Origin: Candidatus Eiseniibacteriota bacterium
GTDB taxonomy: Bacteria > Eisenbacteria > RBG-16-71-46
Assembly (NCBI GenBank): GCA_963717505.1
Contig: OY970342.1
Coordinates: forward strand, 2,880,001-2,944,000
Reading direction: 5' to 3'
Length of the DNA: 64,000 nt
In this document: positions 61,648 through 64,000 of the stretch, in pieces
Numbering within the stretch: position 1 is the stretch's first letter
Layout of the letters: each line of letters begins with the position of its first letter
The notes under the pieces: model-generated
Database searches by the model: none
What the model was told of the DNA's origin: nothing
What the model saw: only the letters and a program-made list of their open reading frames with translations
Made by a program: the position numbers and the translations under genes

Positions 61648-63072
61648 GTGGCGCCCGCTTCCTCACCTCGACGCACGGAGGATGACTTGGGTAACTCATT
61701 GGCAGGCTCGAAACTTCGGCGTGCCACGGCATCCCTCTCGAGCGGGGCGCGAGGTGTTCTACAACCTACTCGCGGCCGAGCAGCGTTGTCGGTGTTTGTC
61801 GCATTCGCCGGGCTCTGTCTCGGCGCAGTCGGTTCGACCGTCACGCCGGTAGTCGCTCACGCGCAGGAGTCCAGCGAGGTCGCGGGGGCCACGGTGGACA
61901 CCACGCTCGATGCCGGCGAGGAGGACGCAGTCAAACCCAAGCGAAAGATGGTCAAGTGGAACGAGTACGACGGCCCGGTGTCGACCCTGCGGTTCGGCTA
62001 CCACTTCATGTACGACTTCGCGAGCTACGTTCAGGACGACGAGAGCAAGCAACAGGTCGTGATGGAAACCGACAACGGCGTGCGCGACTTTCGCCTGCTT
62101 GCGAAGGGACGGTTCAAGACTGATCGGTCGATCACGTGGACGTTCGGCTACATGTACGACGGCGTGGAAGATGAGTGGAGATTCCGTCAGACCGGAATCC
62201 AGGTGGCGGTTCCGGAGGTATCCGGACAGTTCTTCCTCGGACGCACCAAGGAAGGGTTCTCTCTCATCAAGGTGATGACGGGAAGTTTCATCTGGGGGAT
62301 CGAGCGCTCCCAGGCTCTCGACGCCTTCGTCCCAATCCTCGGCGACGGCATCAAGTACATGGGGTACTACCCCCGCCAGCGCATCGTCCTGAATCTGGGC
62401 TTGTTCGCGGACGCGCTGTCCGAGAATGAAAAGTTCTCCACATACGACAACCAGTTCGTGACCCGGCTCGCGTGGCAGCCGGTGCTGTCCGAGGAAACCC
62501 ACACCGTGGCCCACGTCGGGGTCATGACGCGTAACGGCACAGCGGATGACGGCTTCCTTCGCGAGAAGTCGAAGCCTGGCTCGTACCTGGCGCCCAACGT
62601 GCTCGACACAGGAAAGTTCGCCGCCGACGGCACGGACGCATACGGCGTCGAGGCTTTCTACCGCCGCGGCTCCTGGCTGTTCGGAGGCGAATACGACTGG
62701 CAAAAGGACCATGCGAAGAGCGGCGAGAACCCGTTGTTCCACGGCGGGGACGCCTGGGCTGTGTGGCTGATTACGGGCGAGGTGCGGCCCTACAACGCGC
62801 CCGGCGGTATCTTCACCCACGTCACTCCGAAGAGAACGATCTTCGAAGGCGGGTGGGGTGCCTTCGAGAGCGTGTTCCACTTCAGCTATGCGGATTTCGA
62901 CGACGGTGCCAGCTTCCAGGGAGGAAAGTTCTGGCGGCTGAGTCCCATGCTGCACTGGTACCCGACCGCGTACCAGCGCCTCGAATTCGTCTATGGCTAT
63001 GGGAATCTCGACCGCTTCGGACTGGAAGGTCGCACGCAATTCTTCCAAGTTCGTCTCCTGAGCATGCTGTGA
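61648..63072 (+). CDS. OprO/OprP-like outer-membrane porin (start uncertain)
   Basis: Signal-like segment, beta strands, GRTKEGFSL and WLITGEVRPY motifs. Confidence 0.7.
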   Translation: MAPASSPRRTEDDLGNSLAGSKLRRATASLSSGARGVLQPTRGRAALSVFVAFAGLCLGAVGSTVTPVVAHAQESSEVAGATVDTTLDAGEEDAVKPKRKMVKWNEYDGPVSTLRFGYHFMYDFASYVQDDESKQQVVMETDNGVRDFRLLAKGRFKTDRSITWTFGYMYDGVEDEWRFRQTGIQVAVPEVSGQFFLGRTKEGFSLIKVMTGSFIWGIERSQALDAFVPILGDGIKYMGYYPRQRIVLNLGLFADALSENEKFSTYDNQFVTRLAWQPVLSEETHTVAHVGVMTRNGTADDGFLREKSKPGSYLAPNVLDTGKFAADGTDAYGVEAFYRRGSWLFGGEYDWQKDHAKSGENPLFHGGDAWAVWLITGEVRPYNAPGGIFTHVTPKRTIFEGGWGAFESVFHFSYADFDDGASFQGGKFWRLSPMLHWYPTAYQRLEFVYGYGNLDRFGLEGRTQFFQVRLLSML

Positions 63073-63157
63073 CCGAAGATCATCCACGACTTCGCACTCG
63101 CTCTGGAATCGTCGCCGCGGCACAACCTGCGGAGTGACACTGCAAGGAGGTTCTGGA

Positions 63158-64000
63158 TTGAGTACATCCTTCAAGCACGTCAATGGCCGACGGGCTGTTT
63201 TAGCGACCATCGGTGTCCTGTTGCTTTTCGCGGCGACGTCACATGCGCAGGACGAAGGGGGGCCACCCGATACCACGGGCACTGTGGCGGACACCTACGC
63301 GAACATGGCTGCGGGGGAGTTCACCCCCGCCCAGGGATACGACATCATCAGGACGGAACGCGGCAGTCTGAACATCAGCGTCTATGGGCTGTTCCGCTAT
63401 CTCGGCCAGTTCCCGGAGAATCAGACGTTCACCGACCATTTGGGGCGGGAGCGCCCGGTCGCGGTAAAGAACGACATCAACTGGCACCGAACGTTTGTGT
63501 GGTTTACAGGGTTCTTCGGTGATCCGAAATTCCTCTACAACATTTCGGCGTGGTCGCTGGGTTCGACGGAGCAGACGCTGCTCTTTGGCAATCTCCAGTA
63601 CCGCTTGACGAAACCCCTGGCTTTCGGGGTGGGCATGGGCCCCAACAACACGAACCGCTCGCTCCAGGGCTCATGGCCGTTCTGGGCGGGGAGCGACCGG
63701 CAGATGGCCGAGGAGGCCCTGCGCGGCGGCTTCGCATCCTCGTTCTGGGTCTCAGGCCAGCCGATCGACCGCTTCTACTACAAAGTCTCGATCAACCGAA
63801 GCCTCAGTCAGCTTGGCATCACTGCGGCCCAGGACAACCGTGACTTCGCGTACAGCGGCAGCGTCGTGTGGGTGCCGACGACCGGCGAGTTCGGCCCGCG
63901 CGGCGGTCTCGGGGATCTCGAGCACCACGAGCAGTTGGCAACCCGTTTCGGTCTCTCGGGCTGTACCGCCGTGGAAGGCCGCTACGCTCCGAACGATCAA
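63158..64000 (+). CDS. Putative outer-membrane protein (3' partial)
   Basis: AAGGAGG RBS, TTG start, signal peptide ending ATSHA, and an aromatic beta-rich frame open to the window end. Confidence 0.65.
   Translation, partial: MSTSFKHVNGRRAVLATIGVLLLFAATSHAQDEGGPPDTTGTVADTYANMAAGEFTPAQGYDIIRTERGSLNISVYGLFRYLGQFPENQTFTDHLGRERPVAVKNDINWHRTFVWFTGFFGDPKFLYNISAWSLGSTEQTLLFGNLQYRLTKPLAFGVGMGPNNTNRSLQGSWPFWAGSDRQMAEEALRGGFASSFWVSGQPIDRFYYKVSINRSLSQLGITAAQDNRDFAYSGSVVWVPTTGEFGPRGGLGDLEHHEQLATRFGLSGCTAVEGRYAPNDQ

Overview
High-GC bacterial chromosome segment. Many secreted proteins end in a FlgD-Ig/T9SS-like 'PAGVYFARL' domain and one ends in 'SWGALKAQYR', which suggests an FCB-group lineage such as Ca. 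Eisenbacteria (inference). The left 16 kb holds ordinary genes: rhodanese, GNAT, mntR-mntH, MltF, exbBD/tonB-like, tolB-like, pal, a DEAD helicase and an apparently circularly permuted alkaline phosphatase. The right 49-64 kb holds pyrE, S8 and M23 peptidases and a porin-glsA-aspA-ansB-porin cluster. The main signal is a ~33 kb accessory region downstream of a tRNA-Glu(TTC) gene (48849-48924, minus strand), cut into blocks by six copies of the tRNA 3' end. One copy (35247) is a perfect 24-bp direct repeat bounding a 13.6-kb integrase-less island that carries a candidate defence module. Five copies (16092, 30505, 31243, 32160, 33969) continue into a conserved ~87-bp unit. In this unit the T-loop motif is shifted by exactly 5 bp (large-serine-recombinase attP/attB geometry), and the unit encodes a peptide ASPTGxDSNxLxxWLxxMDxLRxxLAA-stop. 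These units separate 0.7-1.8 kb one- or two-gene cassettes, including a higBA toxin-antitoxin pair, giving an integron-like, tRNA-anchored cassette array with no recombinase gene in the window. Several frameshifts (pyrE, S8 peptidase, glsA, YkgJ) look like sequencing indels.
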